Source: a virus (lineage: Duplodnaviria; Heunggongvirae; Uroviricota; Caudoviricetes). From it: 63,103 nt of DNA. Below, in pieces: positions 9,446 to 18,468 of this stretch. The stretch spans positions 130,700-193,802 of IMG/VR virus record IMGVR_UViG_3300023202_000102, one strand, 5' to 3'. How positions within the stretch are numbered: position 1 is the stretch's first letter; each line of letters starts with the position of its first letter. The translations under genes and the position numbers were made by a program. The notes under the pieces are model-generated. The model did not search any database and was not told the origin of the DNA. It was given only the letters and a program-made list of their open reading frames with translations.

Positions 9446-12400
9446 TGGGTTTTTACAAGTTTGCAGATTCAGAACTTGCACAAGCTAACATTCAAGATTT
9501 TGATAAGTTAGCACATGATATTGATCTTGACATTGAAAAGCGCATGGCGAAGTTCGCCAATGACCTGAAGGTTATCGCACCACAGGCCAAAGACTTTTTG
9601 TACTTTACTTGCGTTATGATGCATGCCGCTGAGGCTGCTTGTTATAACCCTGATGGCACACCAAAGAAGACTGCCAGTGGAGAGGACGTGTCCGCCCGTT
9701 GGGATAAGCTTGGAGAAGGTGTTGTATGGACATGCAATGACTCAAGCATAATGCCTTACAGAAACAACAATAGGGACATCTTCCCTGAGGCCGAGCTGAA
9801 AGTAGCTTATAAAAACTGGGTTGGCCGTCCATTATGCCTCGATCATCAATCACAGAGTGTTGATAAGATCCGAGGCGTTATTGTTGATACCGTCTATGAC
9901 GACAAGCGCAAACGAGTGATTGCGCTTTGTGCTCTAGACCAAAAGAATTATCCGGACCTTGCTGATAAGGTCCGTACCGGCGTAGCAACGAATGTATCCA
10001 TGGGTACAGCAGTAGGAAAGGCTGTCTGCACTGAATCTGGATGCCATACTGTTGCACGAACCGAGCGTGATTTCTGCCAACACATGCGAGCTAAGTCTTG
10101 TTACGGCGAAATTAATATGGAGCTTTCTCCAATTGAGCTTTCCCTGGTTGTGTCGGGCGCTGACCCACAAGCTAAGGTAAAGCACATCATTGCAAGTGAT
10201 GTTGAGAAGGCCGCAGAAATGTTAACTGATTATCTGCAAATCAAAGAAGCGTCGGACACTGGTGTTTCTACGCAAGATTTGGAATCAGTAAAGAAAGACC
10301 TAGCCAATCTCACTGATAAAATCAGTGTCCTGACTAGTAAAGAAACGAATGACGCTACGGGAATGACAGCATCAAAGTCGATGGAATCGACTCCGCTGCC
10401 ATCTCATAACGTAACAGAAGTAAATGCTCCGAGTGCAATGCCTATGTATGCCTCTGAGCTACAGCGGGCAGTGCTTGGGGCTCAAACCAAAATTGCCAGC
10501 CTACAGGAGAATTTATCTAGACTTTCTAATGAGGAACCAACCATGACGAATAAGAAAACAGCATACTTCCAAGGTACAGAAGAGCCAAAGCCAGGGCAGC
10601 AGCAGTACCCTGTTGATCCAGCAAACGAGCGAGGCAGGCTTATGGATAAGAATTTACATGGGCCAGCTCCATTCCCTAACACAGGGGATGTGGAAGGTCT
10701 GTATCCAGGAGACGAGGAGAAGAAGAGAGAACTTCTTCGTCTTGCTGATGAGAACGAGCGAGCAGAGTTCCGTAGGGTAGCTCTTGAGAAGGCAAAGGCT
10801 CAACTTTCTAAGAAGAGTTACTTCCAGGGCACAGAGGAGCCAAAAGACGGAGGTACTGCACAGTACCCAGTTGATCCTTTGAACGATAAGGCTCGCGAGG
10901 AAGATAAGACACTTGTTGGTGCACCTCCATTCCCAGGGGTTGGTGATATTGAAGGTCTTTACGGAGACGACATGAAGACCAAGGAGAAGCTTTCCCGTGC
11001 AGCTTTGAAGGCACGTTTCAAGAAGGCAACTGCTCCAGACGGTCGTGTTGATAAGGGTGCTTCTAAGTGGGTTGTTTTTGCTAACGACCAGCCAATCATT
11101 GAGGCAACTGTAGATCAGATTTCCAGAGGTAACTCTGACTCTCTGTATGACGGAATTGCAACTGAGAGCTTCGGTCGTTCTATTCTTGACCGAATTCAGA
11201 GCCAAGGGTTCCAGGCAACCGCATCTGCGCTTCTTAAGAAGAAAGCTCAGGATCCAGCGGCTGCAGTAGCTCCTGCTCCCGTACCAGAGGCAGCACCTCC
11301 AGCAGATCTTGATCCACCAGCAGAGGTTCCAGACGAAGCCGGTGATCCAGCTGAGGTTGTAGCTGACCTTCAGGCTCTTAATGATGAGTTGGCTGAGAAG
11401 CTTTCTGATCTTGAGGGTAAGGTTTCTGGACCAGTTGCTGATGATGCAGAGGGTCTTGGAGATGTTCCACCAGCTGGCGACGATGAGTTCGCACCACCAG
11501 CGACAGGAGCAGCACCAGCACCTAAGAGTGCTGCACAGCTTCAGGGTATGCGTAAGCGTGTTAACGGAATGCTCCAAGAGGGTATCCGTGAGACCGTTGC
11601 ATCTCTCAAGAAGCACCTGAAAGAGATTTCTGCTGCAAAGGGCGTTTACGCTAACTACACAGCAATGAACGAGAAGCAGCGAGACTATCTCAACGGTCTA
11701 ACAATTGACGCCGTGAAGGATGCTCGCGCTGTACTTGCAGACACAAACAAGCTAATGGAAGCAGTTGTTAAGTACGCTTACGGCACTGCAGAGCTTGAGA
11801 AGAGGGCAGCAGCTGAGGCTAAGCTCCAGAAGAAGGCATCACCAGAGACTGTTGATTCCCTTCTCAGCGAGATTGACTTTGACGGTGACCCATCTCAGAA
11901 GGCTCTTTCTGCAGTTGAAGATGCCCTTAGGGCAGCCGAAGCAGAGATTACTACTGCAGACACAGCTAACACTGATTTCACCGTTACTCAAGACGGTGAC
12001 CAGGTTGGAACACTTAACACTGACACTGGTACAATTGAACTAAATTCACAAGCAGGAGCAAAATTGGATACAAAAGCATCTCGTGCTGAAGCTCGCGTTA
12101 AGCTTGCCCAGAAGGGTTTGCTTGGATTCAATGAGCTTTCCCAGCAAGCACACCCAGGCGGATCTGCAGATGCAGTTTCTGCCGCTAACCTGGACGTAAA
12201 GCCAACTGCACCAGATGCAGCGTTCCACGTCTACAAGGATCTCAAGACCAAGATGGAGAACCTTGCTAACATGCCACCTCGCGTTCGTAAGCAGGCTGAG
12301 CGTATCCAGGAGCTTGTCTCCGAGGGTAAGCTTGACCCATCGCGAGTTGACGAGCTGACCTCCCACGGTGTTGACCAGGAAGCAGTGTCTTACTGGAAGT

Positions 12401-12804
12401 CATTCTATGGCGAAGCTAAGGACTCTGAGTCTAATGAGTTCGCATCTAAGCTTGTTGCAGAGCATACACAGGCTAAGCAGGCTCAGGAGATGGATGACTA
12501 CAAGGGCCGCGTCAAGAGAGCATACGACATGGCTCATCAGATGGTCGGTAAGGGAATGATTGAAGCTTCCCAGATTGAGTATCAGGTTGGTGAGATTATG
12601 AAGTACAACCAGGCTGGCTTCGATTCTGTGAAGCGCCTAATCGAGAAGCAGGCAGCTGTTAAGACCGCTTCCGTTCCTCAGGTAGGACTCCTCTCCTCTG
12701 GAGATGTTATCCTTCCTGCAGCCCAGCGGCCTACACAGGCCGGAGGAGCAGATATCAAGGGATTCTTTGATGCCTACTTCAACGAGAAGGGAATGAAGTT
12801 CTAA
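9445..12804 (+). CDS. Prohead (maturation) protease fused to a long scaffold region
   Basis: N-terminal HK97/assemblin-type protease motifs 'NNNRDIF', 'LCLDH' (His), 'NVSMG' (Ser), 'IELSLVVSGADP', with a Cys/His insert. Followed by about 850 aa of coiled-coil and low-complexity sequence. Confidence 0.85.
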   Translation: MGFYKFADSELAQANIQDFDKLAHDIDLDIEKRMAKFANDLKVIAPQAKDFLYFTCVMMHAAEAACYNPDGTPKKTASGEDVSARWDKLGEGVVWTCNDSSIMPYRNNNRDIFPEAELKVAYKNWVGRPLCLDHQSQSVDKIRGVIVDTVYDDKRKRVIALCALDQKNYPDLADKVRTGVATNVSMGTAVGKAVCTESGCHTVARTERDFCQHMRAKSCYGEINMELSPIELSLVVSGADPQAKVKHIIASDVEKAAEMLTDYLQIKEASDTGVSTQDLESVKKDLANLTDKISVLTSKETNDATGMTASKSMESTPLPSHNVTEVNAPSAMPMYASELQRAVLGAQTKIASLQENLSRLSNEEPTMTNKKTAYFQGTEEPKPGQQQYPVDPANERGRLMDKNLHGPAPFPNTGDVEGLYPGDEEKKRELLRLADENERAEFRRVALEKAKAQLSKKSYFQGTEEPKDGGTAQYPVDPLNDKAREEDKTLVGAPPFPGVGDIEGLYGDDMKTKEKLSRAALKARFKKATAPDGRVDKGASKWVVFANDQPIIEATVDQISRGNSDSLYDGIATESFGRSILDRIQSQGFQATASALLKKKAQDPAAAVAPAPVPEAAPPADLDPPAEVPDEAGDPAEVVADLQALNDELAEKLSDLEGKVSGPVADDAEGLGDVPPAGDDEFAPPATGAAPAPKSAAQLQGMRKRVNGMLQEGIRETVASLKKHLKEISAAKGVYANYTAMNEKQRDYLNGLTIDAVKDARAVLADTNKLMEAVVKYAYGTAELEKRAAAEAKLQKKASPETVDSLLSEIDFDGDPSQKALSAVEDALRAAEAEITTADTANTDFTVTQDGDQVGTLNTDTGTIELNSQAGAKLDTKASRAEARVKLAQKGLLGFNELSQQAHPGGSADAVSAANLDVKPTAPDAAFHVYKDLKTKMENLANMPPRVRKQAERIQELVSEGKLDPSRVDELTSHGVDQEAVSYWKSFYGEAKDSESNEFASKLVAEHTQAKQAQEMDDYKGRVKRAYDMAHQMVGKGMIEASQIEYQVGEIMKYNQAGFDSVKRLIEKQAAVKTASVPQVGLLSSGDVILPAAQRPTQAGGADIKGFFDAYFNEKGMKF
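10552..10972 (+). repeat. Two approximately 55-aa internal repeats in the protease-scaffold
   Basis: KKTAYFQGTEEPKPG-QQQYPVDP...PFPNTGDVEGLY versus KKSYFQGTEEPKDGGTAQYPVDP...PFPGVGDIEGLY. Confidence 0.9.
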
Positions 12805-12811
12805 TCCCGTT

Positions 12812-12838
12812 GGCGGGGCTAAGGCCCCGCCGTTTCTT
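12812..12838 (+). terminator. GC-rich hairpin, probable intrinsic terminator or attenuator
   Basis: GGCGGGGC-TAAG-GCCCCGCC followed by GTTTCTT, just after the protease stop. Confidence 0.65.
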
Positions 12839-12859
12839 CCCCGCTAAGAGAGGTTTATT

Positions 12860-14098
12860 ATGTCAAAGTTTGATATCGCAAATGAAATGAATTCGATCAT
12901 GGACGGTCCAAAGTTCCAGTCCGTGTTCACCAAGCCACTTACCAAGACTGCTGCCAAGAAATCTGATGATAAAGACAAGGCTAAGGCAGATAAGGAAAAG
13001 GAAATGGCAAAGAACGCTAAGGCTTGTGTAGCTGAAGCTAAAAAGATTATGAAGAAGCACAAGTGCAAAGGTACCGCCAAGGCAGAAGATGGCGGTTGCG
13101 TTGTTACTCTTAAGGGTGACAAGAAAGATTGCGCTGCTGCTAAAAAGGAAATAGCTGCATTCTGTAAGTCCAAGAAATGCAAGTGCAAGTGCACCGTAGA
13201 GAAGACTGCGTCTGACTACGAGATTTGTGTACGTGGCCTTGCAAAGATTTCTGAGCTGCTTGATAAGCAGGGCTTCGAAAAGGAAGCAACAGAAGCGCTC
13301 CTAACTCTTGATTCTTTGGTAACCCGCGCTGCTCCAACTGGAGAGCTTGGTTCTAATACATCCGGCGTTAACGATTGTGGTCCAAAGGGTTCCATGTCAG
13401 ACATGGGTTCTGCCAAGGATTCTGACGACAAGAAAGATGACGACAAGGATGACAAGAAGGATGACGATAAGGATGACAAGAAGGATGACGATAAGAAGGA
13501 TCTTCCTCCATTCATGAAGAAGAAGGACGACAAGGACGACAAGGACGACGACAAGAAGGATGACGACGAGTCTGATGCCAAGGGTCCTAAGAAGGATGAT
13601 GAGGACGACAAGAAGTCTGATAAGGAAGAGGACGACAAGGACGACAAGAAGGATGACGATAAGGATGAGAAGGATGATGACAAGGATAAGTCAGATGCTT
13701 CTGATCAGAACAACGCTGGATGGGAAGATGCTGGCGAAGGTGATCCAATGGACCCAACCCTTGATGTTCGCATCCCAGTAGGAAAGGGCGCAGATGACGA
13801 AGTAGCTTTCGATGATATGATCGCAGAGATTGAAGGTGAAGGAAATCCAGCCGGAGAAGGTCCTAATCTTTCTGAGCTAGCAGGCGAAGGTGAGGGAATG
13901 TTTGAGGATGAAGATCTAAGAGCACTCATGGACTCTATCGACCTTCCAGAGGAAGAGGTTGTTGATCCTCAGGACGATCCAGAAGAGGCTGCAATGGGAG
14001 TTGAGGAGGATGATCCTCTAGCCGCTCTTGAGGCTGCATCAAAGAAGTCTTCTCTTGAGAAGCTCGCTGGCGAACTAAAGAAAAACTTTCTTAAGTAA
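12860..14098 (+). CDS. Highly charged low-complexity protein, probable internal scaffold/core protein
   Basis: RBS GAGG. Lys/Cys-rich segment, Asp/Lys repeat tract, acidic tail; motifs KTAA, KTAS, KLAG and 'ISELLDKQGFEKEA'. Confidence 0.6.
   Translation: MSKFDIANEMNSIMDGPKFQSVFTKPLTKTAAKKSDDKDKAKADKEKEMAKNAKACVAEAKKIMKKHKCKGTAKAEDGGCVVTLKGDKKDCAAAKKEIAAFCKSKKCKCKCTVEKTASDYEICVRGLAKISELLDKQGFEKEATEALLTLDSLVTRAAPTGELGSNTSGVNDCGPKGSMSDMGSAKDSDDKKDDDKDDKKDDDKDDKKDDDKKDLPPFMKKKDDKDDKDDDKKDDDESDAKGPKKDDEDDKKSDKEEDDKDDKKDDDKDEKDDDKDKSDASDQNNAGWEDAGEGDPMDPTLDVRIPVGKGADDEVAFDDMIAEIEGEGNPAGEGPNLSELAGEGEGMFEDEDLRALMDSIDLPEEEVVDPQDDPEEAAMGVEEDDPLAALEAASKKSSLEKLAGELKKNFLK
13417..13695 (+). repeat. Coding low-complexity DDKKDDDK repeats
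   Basis: Imperfect tandem repeats of GAY/AAG codons, e.g. 'aaggatgacaagaaggatgacgat'. Confidence 0.85.
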
Positions 14099-14104
14099 GA
14101 GATA

Positions 14105-14132
14105 AGCCAGGGTGTAAGCCCTGGCTGTCTTT
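14105..14132 (+). terminator. Hairpin, probable terminator
   Basis: AGCCAGGG-TGTAAG-CCCTGGCT followed by GTCTTT. Confidence 0.65.
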
Positions 14133-14168
14133 AATTCTTGTAAGATACTGTAATACAATAGGATAGGT

Positions 14169-14384
14169 ATGGACAAATTCGCAGCACAGATTGAGAGTGA
14201 GATGGCGCTCCTCATGAGCGGGGAACTCAAAAAAGATATTCAAACAGACGACGCCATGGCACTTCTTTCCAAGGCAAAAGACTTGCTTGAGTGTGCTGGT
14301 ATTGATTCATACTCATCCGAGATTGTTAGCATCATGAGAAAGACAGCCACTGAAGATGAGTCTGATATTGAGGTGTCTGTATGA
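14169..14384 (+). CDS. Small hypothetical internal head protein
   Basis: Motifs KFAA, KTAT and 'AKDLLECAG'. Confidence 0.6.
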   Translation: MDKFAAQIESEMALLMSGELKKDIQTDDAMALLSKAKDLLECAGIDSYSSEIVSIMRKTATEDESDIEVSV

Positions 14385-14734
14385 GCAGGATTTTTAAACA
14401 AGGATCTCTTGAAGATGAACTTCTTCAGAGAATGGAAAGTGCACAGGTTGAAGCTGTTAAAAAGGAGGAGTCCAGGCAGGGTGATCTAATCATTCAGGCA
14501 ATGGAAAATCTCAACGCAGCAGCGGGATCTCTTGAGCGTGCTGGTAAGACTGAGCGTGTAAAAGAGGTTTCACGATTAATGATGGCCCTTGCCGAAGGCA
14601 AGAAGCCTAAGAAAGAAAAGAAAGTTTCATCTAAAGATGAGGCTAAAAAAGTATTTATGTTCTTTGGTTTCAAGCCAGAAGACCTAGGATCAGACTTCTC
14701 TGATGAAGGTTCAGATGGTGGAGACGGAGAATAA
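14381..14734 (+). CDS. Small hypothetical internal head protein
   Basis: ATGA overlap, RBS GAGG. Motifs KQGS and 'AAGSLERAG'. Confidence 0.6.
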   Translation: MSRIFKQGSLEDELLQRMESAQVEAVKKEESRQGDLIIQAMENLNAAAGSLERAGKTERVKEVSRLMMALAEGKKPKKEKKVSSKDEAKKVFMFFGFKPEDLGSDFSDEGSDGGDGE

Positions 14735-14759
14735 GTCACAATTTCTATAGAGGATAACA

Positions 14760-15209
14760 ATGAGTAGAGAAGCATTTGCAAAGAAAGCTGCCAAGCTTGC
14801 AGCTGTTGAGATTTATAAGGCCGCTAAGGATGCTCCAACTGTTAAGGTTGCAAGTGCTGGTGGCATTAAGGAAACATTTGATATTGAGGTTCTTGCCAAG
14901 AAGGCCGCCGTTGAAGCTTACAAGGCTATTATGAAGGCGGCTCAGCCAGTAGCCCCGGTAGCTCCAGACGCAATGAATGTTCAGGGTATGGCTATGAGGT
15001 TTGGAATGAGAAATCTTGCTGGATACCTTGGTCGTCAGGTGCAGGGAGAGGATGTATCCGGAGAAGCACAGTATGCACAGAAAGAGGTCCCAGGATTCCT
15101 TTCAGCATACCAGGCTCAGAAAACAGCTGACGGAACGGATCCTTCCGTTTTGGCTCAGCACCTAGAAGTTGTAAAGAAAGTTCTAAGAGACGCTGGTCTA
15201 CAAGCTTAA
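14760..15209 (+). CDS. Ala/Lys-rich hypothetical protein
   Basis: RBS GAGGA. Internal repeat 'AKKAA..AVE.YKA'; motifs KVAS, KAAQ. Confidence 0.6.
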   Translation: MSREAFAKKAAKLAAVEIYKAAKDAPTVKVASAGGIKETFDIEVLAKKAAVEAYKAIMKAAQPVAPVAPDAMNVQGMAMRFGMRNLAGYLGRQVQGEDVSGEAQYAQKEVPGFLSAYQAQKTADGTDPSVLAQHLEVVKKVLRDAGLQA

Positions 15210-15232
15210 TCTTAAACTTAGCTTAACTTTAC

Positions 15233-15261
15233 AAAGCCTCGGCATCTTTTGCTGGGGCTTT
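15233..15261 (+). terminator. Hairpin with G-U pairs, probable terminator
   Basis: AAAGCCTCGGC-ATCTTTT-GCTGGGGCTTT. Confidence 0.5.
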
Positions 15262-15286
15262 GTTATATGACCTTAAGAGAGGCAAT

Positions 15287-15985
15287 ATGGTATTAAAGAT
15301 TGTACAAGTGGGAAACTCAATTCCCGTATCTTATCCGGTAGATGCTACGGCTGAATTTGAGCCTGGCATGATAGCCCAATTTTACTTACAAGGTAATCAG
15401 CTTGTTTGCGGTGTATCCGATGGACGAGCCCCAGTAGGTATTATTGATGATTTCAAAACAAGAGCATTCACAGCTCCCAGTATTGACGAAGTAGTAATCG
15501 CACAAGGTGTGCCTACAGTTGATGGTGGTGGAGGGCGATTAGTTACTCCTGTTGATATTAAGCAGGAACTAAAGAATCCAAACATTATTCCGGCAAGTTT
15601 TATTACATCTCCAGTCAATGTTCATTTGATTCCAAGAAATGGAATGGTGGTATTCCCAGCGGGAACCGAGGTGAATTTTGACGCAGACGGAGATGGAATC
15701 CCTGATTCGATCAGGACGGTTGTTAACTATACTTATCAGATTCCAAATGTTAGTGGTGATGATTCTACGGCGGGTTCAGGAAAGATAACTGTTTGGTTCC
15801 AGCGTGGAATTTTTCAGACTGATATGTATGAAACAAGACAGCGCTATCCGCTGAATGCTATTCTGTTTGTATCAGAAAATGGAAAGCTGACGACATCTCA
15901 GCCAAACGATAACTATCCAGGTATTGCTATGGTAACGGGACCTCCGACAGCAGCATTTAGTACGCTTGAGTTCATGTGGCTCTAG
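15287..15985 (+). CDS. Head decoration / capsid cement-like protein (paralogue 1)
   Basis: 'FEPGMIA', 'PVGIIDD', 'GSGKITVW', 'Y.L.A.LFVSENGKLT' pattern shared with 16002 and 23282. RBS GAGG. Confidence 0.6.
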   Translation: MVLKIVQVGNSIPVSYPVDATAEFEPGMIAQFYLQGNQLVCGVSDGRAPVGIIDDFKTRAFTAPSIDEVVIAQGVPTVDGGGGRLVTPVDIKQELKNPNIIPASFITSPVNVHLIPRNGMVVFPAGTEVNFDADGDGIPDSIRTVVNYTYQIPNVSGDDSTAGSGKITVWFQRGIFQTDMYETRQRYPLNAILFVSENGKLTTSQPNDNYPGIAMVTGPPTAAFSTLEFMWL

Positions 15986-16001
15986 AATTTTAAGGAATTT
16001 T

Positions 16002-16403
16002 ATGTTCAAAGTTGTTGAGGCTTTGAGTAATGACCCAGTTAGATTCCCAGTAAAACCTGGAGCGAAGCTTACCCCAGGACATGTTGTAAGCCTAGTAGAG
16101 TACGAGGGTCATCTCGTTCTAGATATGTGTGATGGCTACAGACCCTTTGGATTGATGGCTAGCCGTTGCCATGGTGGTAACGAACTAGATATTACCAAAA
16201 GGATAGGTGCTTGGCCCCAGAGAATGGTAGTCAACCTTGACAAATTTGATAGGTCTAGCGAGGTTCGTTCTGGCAATTCTTTGTATTGCAATAGGCGGGG
16301 GACTCTAAGTACGAGAAAGCCATTTGAAGGGGCTCTGCCGTTGGCGAAGGTGATTTCTCCTGCTGATGAAGAAAAGAAGTACATGTCGATTCTCTGGCTG
16401 TAG
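16002..16403 (+). CDS. Head decoration-like protein (paralogue 2, short form)
   Basis: Aligns by eye with 15287 (PG.V, DG..PFG, LYCNRRGTLS). Both proteins end in 'WL'. Confidence 0.5.
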   Translation: MFKVVEALSNDPVRFPVKPGAKLTPGHVVSLVEYEGHLVLDMCDGYRPFGLMASRCHGGNELDITKRIGAWPQRMVVNLDKFDRSSEVRSGNSLYCNRRGTLSTRKPFEGALPLAKVISPADEEKKYMSILWL

Positions 16404-16470
16404 CTAACAAGGCATAACCAGCCATATCAATAGGTTTTTTGCATAGCCCTAAAACGCACAGGTGTACCCA

Positions 16471-16800
16471 ATGATTGATGAGGTTTGGAAGGAATTTTTC
16501 ACTGATAGGCAGACTGCACGAGTTATGAACAGCTCTGAAGTCTGGCGTAACTATTCACAGGCCGAGATGGCCAGAGATGAGCTTCGTCAGAAGCGTGCAG
16601 CAGAAGCAAAGGTAGATGAGGAGAATCATCTACTGGATTCCCTTGAGGCATTCCGCCAAAAGGTTGCCGCTGATCCTGCGCTGAAGGCTGAGCTGAAGAA
16701 AGCTGCCGAAACATTGAAGCAGCACCCAGAGTTGAGGGACAGTGTTGACCCTAACTTTTTGAACGGCTTAGAGCTGCTTGATCTTGATAGCGAGGACTAA
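16471..16800 (+). CDS. Small helical hypothetical protein
   Basis: Motifs 'DEVWKEF', 'SEVWRNY', KRAA. Abuts the next gene. Confidence 0.55.
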   Translation: MIDEVWKEFFTDRQTARVMNSSEVWRNYSQAEMARDELRQKRAAEAKVDEENHLLDSLEAFRQKVAADPALKAELKKAAETLKQHPELRDSVDPNFLNGLELLDLDSED

Positions 16801-18468
16801 ATGAGTATTGCCAAGTACAACAAGAACTTACATGCATCTGAAGTCTTTCGTGAGCTGGAACGACAAGCAGCAAAGAAGGGCTTCTTTAATCCAACAGAGG
16901 AGGAGCAAGTAACACTTGCCGCCCAAACTGTAGCGGAGAAGAAGGTTGCAATTGCAAGCGATGATCTTCAGGAAACCGAGGATCTGGTACTTGACGTTGC
17001 TATGCTAGCTACTGCTCTTCGTGACCGTGGCCTTACCAAGCAAGCAGATGAGATTGAGAATAATCTTGTGATGTTCAAGCAGGCAGAGAGTGCTTTGTAC
17101 AATGTTACTGAGGAAACCAATAAGGACTTCATTGACTTTGCGCATCGCGAAGGAGACTTCCAGGTAGTACCTGGTGACTATGGTGCGGTTGAGACTGTTG
17201 AGTCTGCAGCCGAAAAGATACTCGCAGTAGTAAGGAAAACCCCCACGGGAAAACTCCCTAAGGAAGCATCATTGGCCGGATTGGCTTCCTTAATCAAGGA
17301 GGCTGAATTGCCAGCGGCCAGTACTACTGGGGCCGGAAGCGGAAACGTTGAAACGCTCAAGGTAGATTATGATACTGTTAAGAAGTATTTGGATGAGCTT
17401 GCCAGACTATTTGTTATGGCAGGAGATGGAAAACTCACCTTCTCAATTCAAGATCCTCTTCATGGTAAGGGACATGCATCAGCTCTTTTCAACATGCTAA
17501 CCAATAATGGATATCAACCCCTTAACACTTATGGTGTTATGGCTAAGTCTCTTTTTGCTGGTGGTAATGAAAGTAAAAATACAATTGCCGCTAATATTAG
17601 AGCCAGAGGCAATGACTACCTTAGAAGTATATTGTCTGGACGTTATGTAATTGCCTCTAGAGAGGATGAGCTTTTAAAGATGGCAGACCCAAGAGCAACA
17701 TTTGCTCCTCATCTTATACAGCAAGATACAACACAGCAACAGGCAGCTCAAAGTGAGATGGCCAAGATTGAGCAACAGGCAGACGTAACCGCACAGAAAA
17801 TATGGAACGATTACGAAGCTGCAAAATCAGCCGCAATAGATGCTGTTAACAAAGCAAATACACAACTAGCCAGGTTGCAAGCGGATGCAAATCAAATTAA
17901 GCAACATCTTAGTACACTAAGCGATAGACCATTGCGAACAGCTCAAGATTACAGAGCTTTTTCCGCAGAGATTGCTCGCACTATTCCTCAGCTTCGTCAG
18001 AGAGCGGCGTGGCCTGTAAGAATTTTGAATGGTTTTGGGAAGCTTAATGAAGCAGCAGAGTTCAAAACAAATACGGATTCTCTTGATCAGGCAAACCGTC
18101 GTCTATCAGCAAAAGCTGAAGTGGCAGCTAAAGCAGCAGAAGATGACAAGCTTGATGAGGGTCGTGTTAGAGCAACTCTTGGTAGGCTCAAGTCTATTGT
18201 AAAGCAGCTTGAGGATGGCGTTAAGAACTACGGCATGAAGAATGTCCAGGGAACTATTGATGATGTTAACACATTCATCTCTGAGATTCAGAAGCGTTAC
18301 GGTTCTGGTAGCATTAGCTATCTTCTCGAAGGTTTGAAAAACTTTGGTGATTATAAAGACAAGGATGGTAATCCAAGTTATCAAGCACTGGACAATGATA
18401 CTATGGCTCTTCTTGAGTCTGTAAAGAAAGATATCGCTGCAGCCAAGAAGAAGGCTGAGGAGAAGTAA
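16801..18468 (+). CDS. Helical internal head / ejection-like protein
   Basis: RBS GAGG. LRDRG hairpin, AH module, several K-x-A motifs, coiled coils. Confidence 0.55.
   Translation: MSIAKYNKNLHASEVFRELERQAAKKGFFNPTEEEQVTLAAQTVAEKKVAIASDDLQETEDLVLDVAMLATALRDRGLTKQADEIENNLVMFKQAESALYNVTEETNKDFIDFAHREGDFQVVPGDYGAVETVESAAEKILAVVRKTPTGKLPKEASLAGLASLIKEAELPAASTTGAGSGNVETLKVDYDTVKKYLDELARLFVMAGDGKLTFSIQDPLHGKGHASALFNMLTNNGYQPLNTYGVMAKSLFAGGNESKNTIAANIRARGNDYLRSILSGRYVIASREDELLKMADPRATFAPHLIQQDTTQQQAAQSEMAKIEQQADVTAQKIWNDYEAAKSAAIDAVNKANTQLARLQADANQIKQHLSTLSDRPLRTAQDYRAFSAEIARTIPQLRQRAAWPVRILNGFGKLNEAAEFKTNTDSLDQANRRLSAKAEVAAKAAEDDKLDEGRVRATLGRLKSIVKQLEDGVKNYGMKNVQGTIDDVNTFISEIQKRYGSGSISYLLEGLKNFGDYKDKDGNPSYQALDNDTMALLESVKKDIAAAKKKAEEK

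Noticed and set aside
10555-10835. YFQG resembling the TEV protease site ENLYFQ/G
   Set aside because: The upstream E-x-L residues are absent and no potyviral-type protease is present; it is simply the start of the internal repeat.
10654-11616. 320-aa antisense ORF, and similar ones such as 24055-24864 and 13216-13683
   Set aside because: Shadows of codon-biased + strand genes, with no motifs or RBS.
13417-13695. Tandem repeats as a possible CRISPR array
   Set aside because: In-frame Asp/Lys codon repeats without unique spacers; no cas genes.
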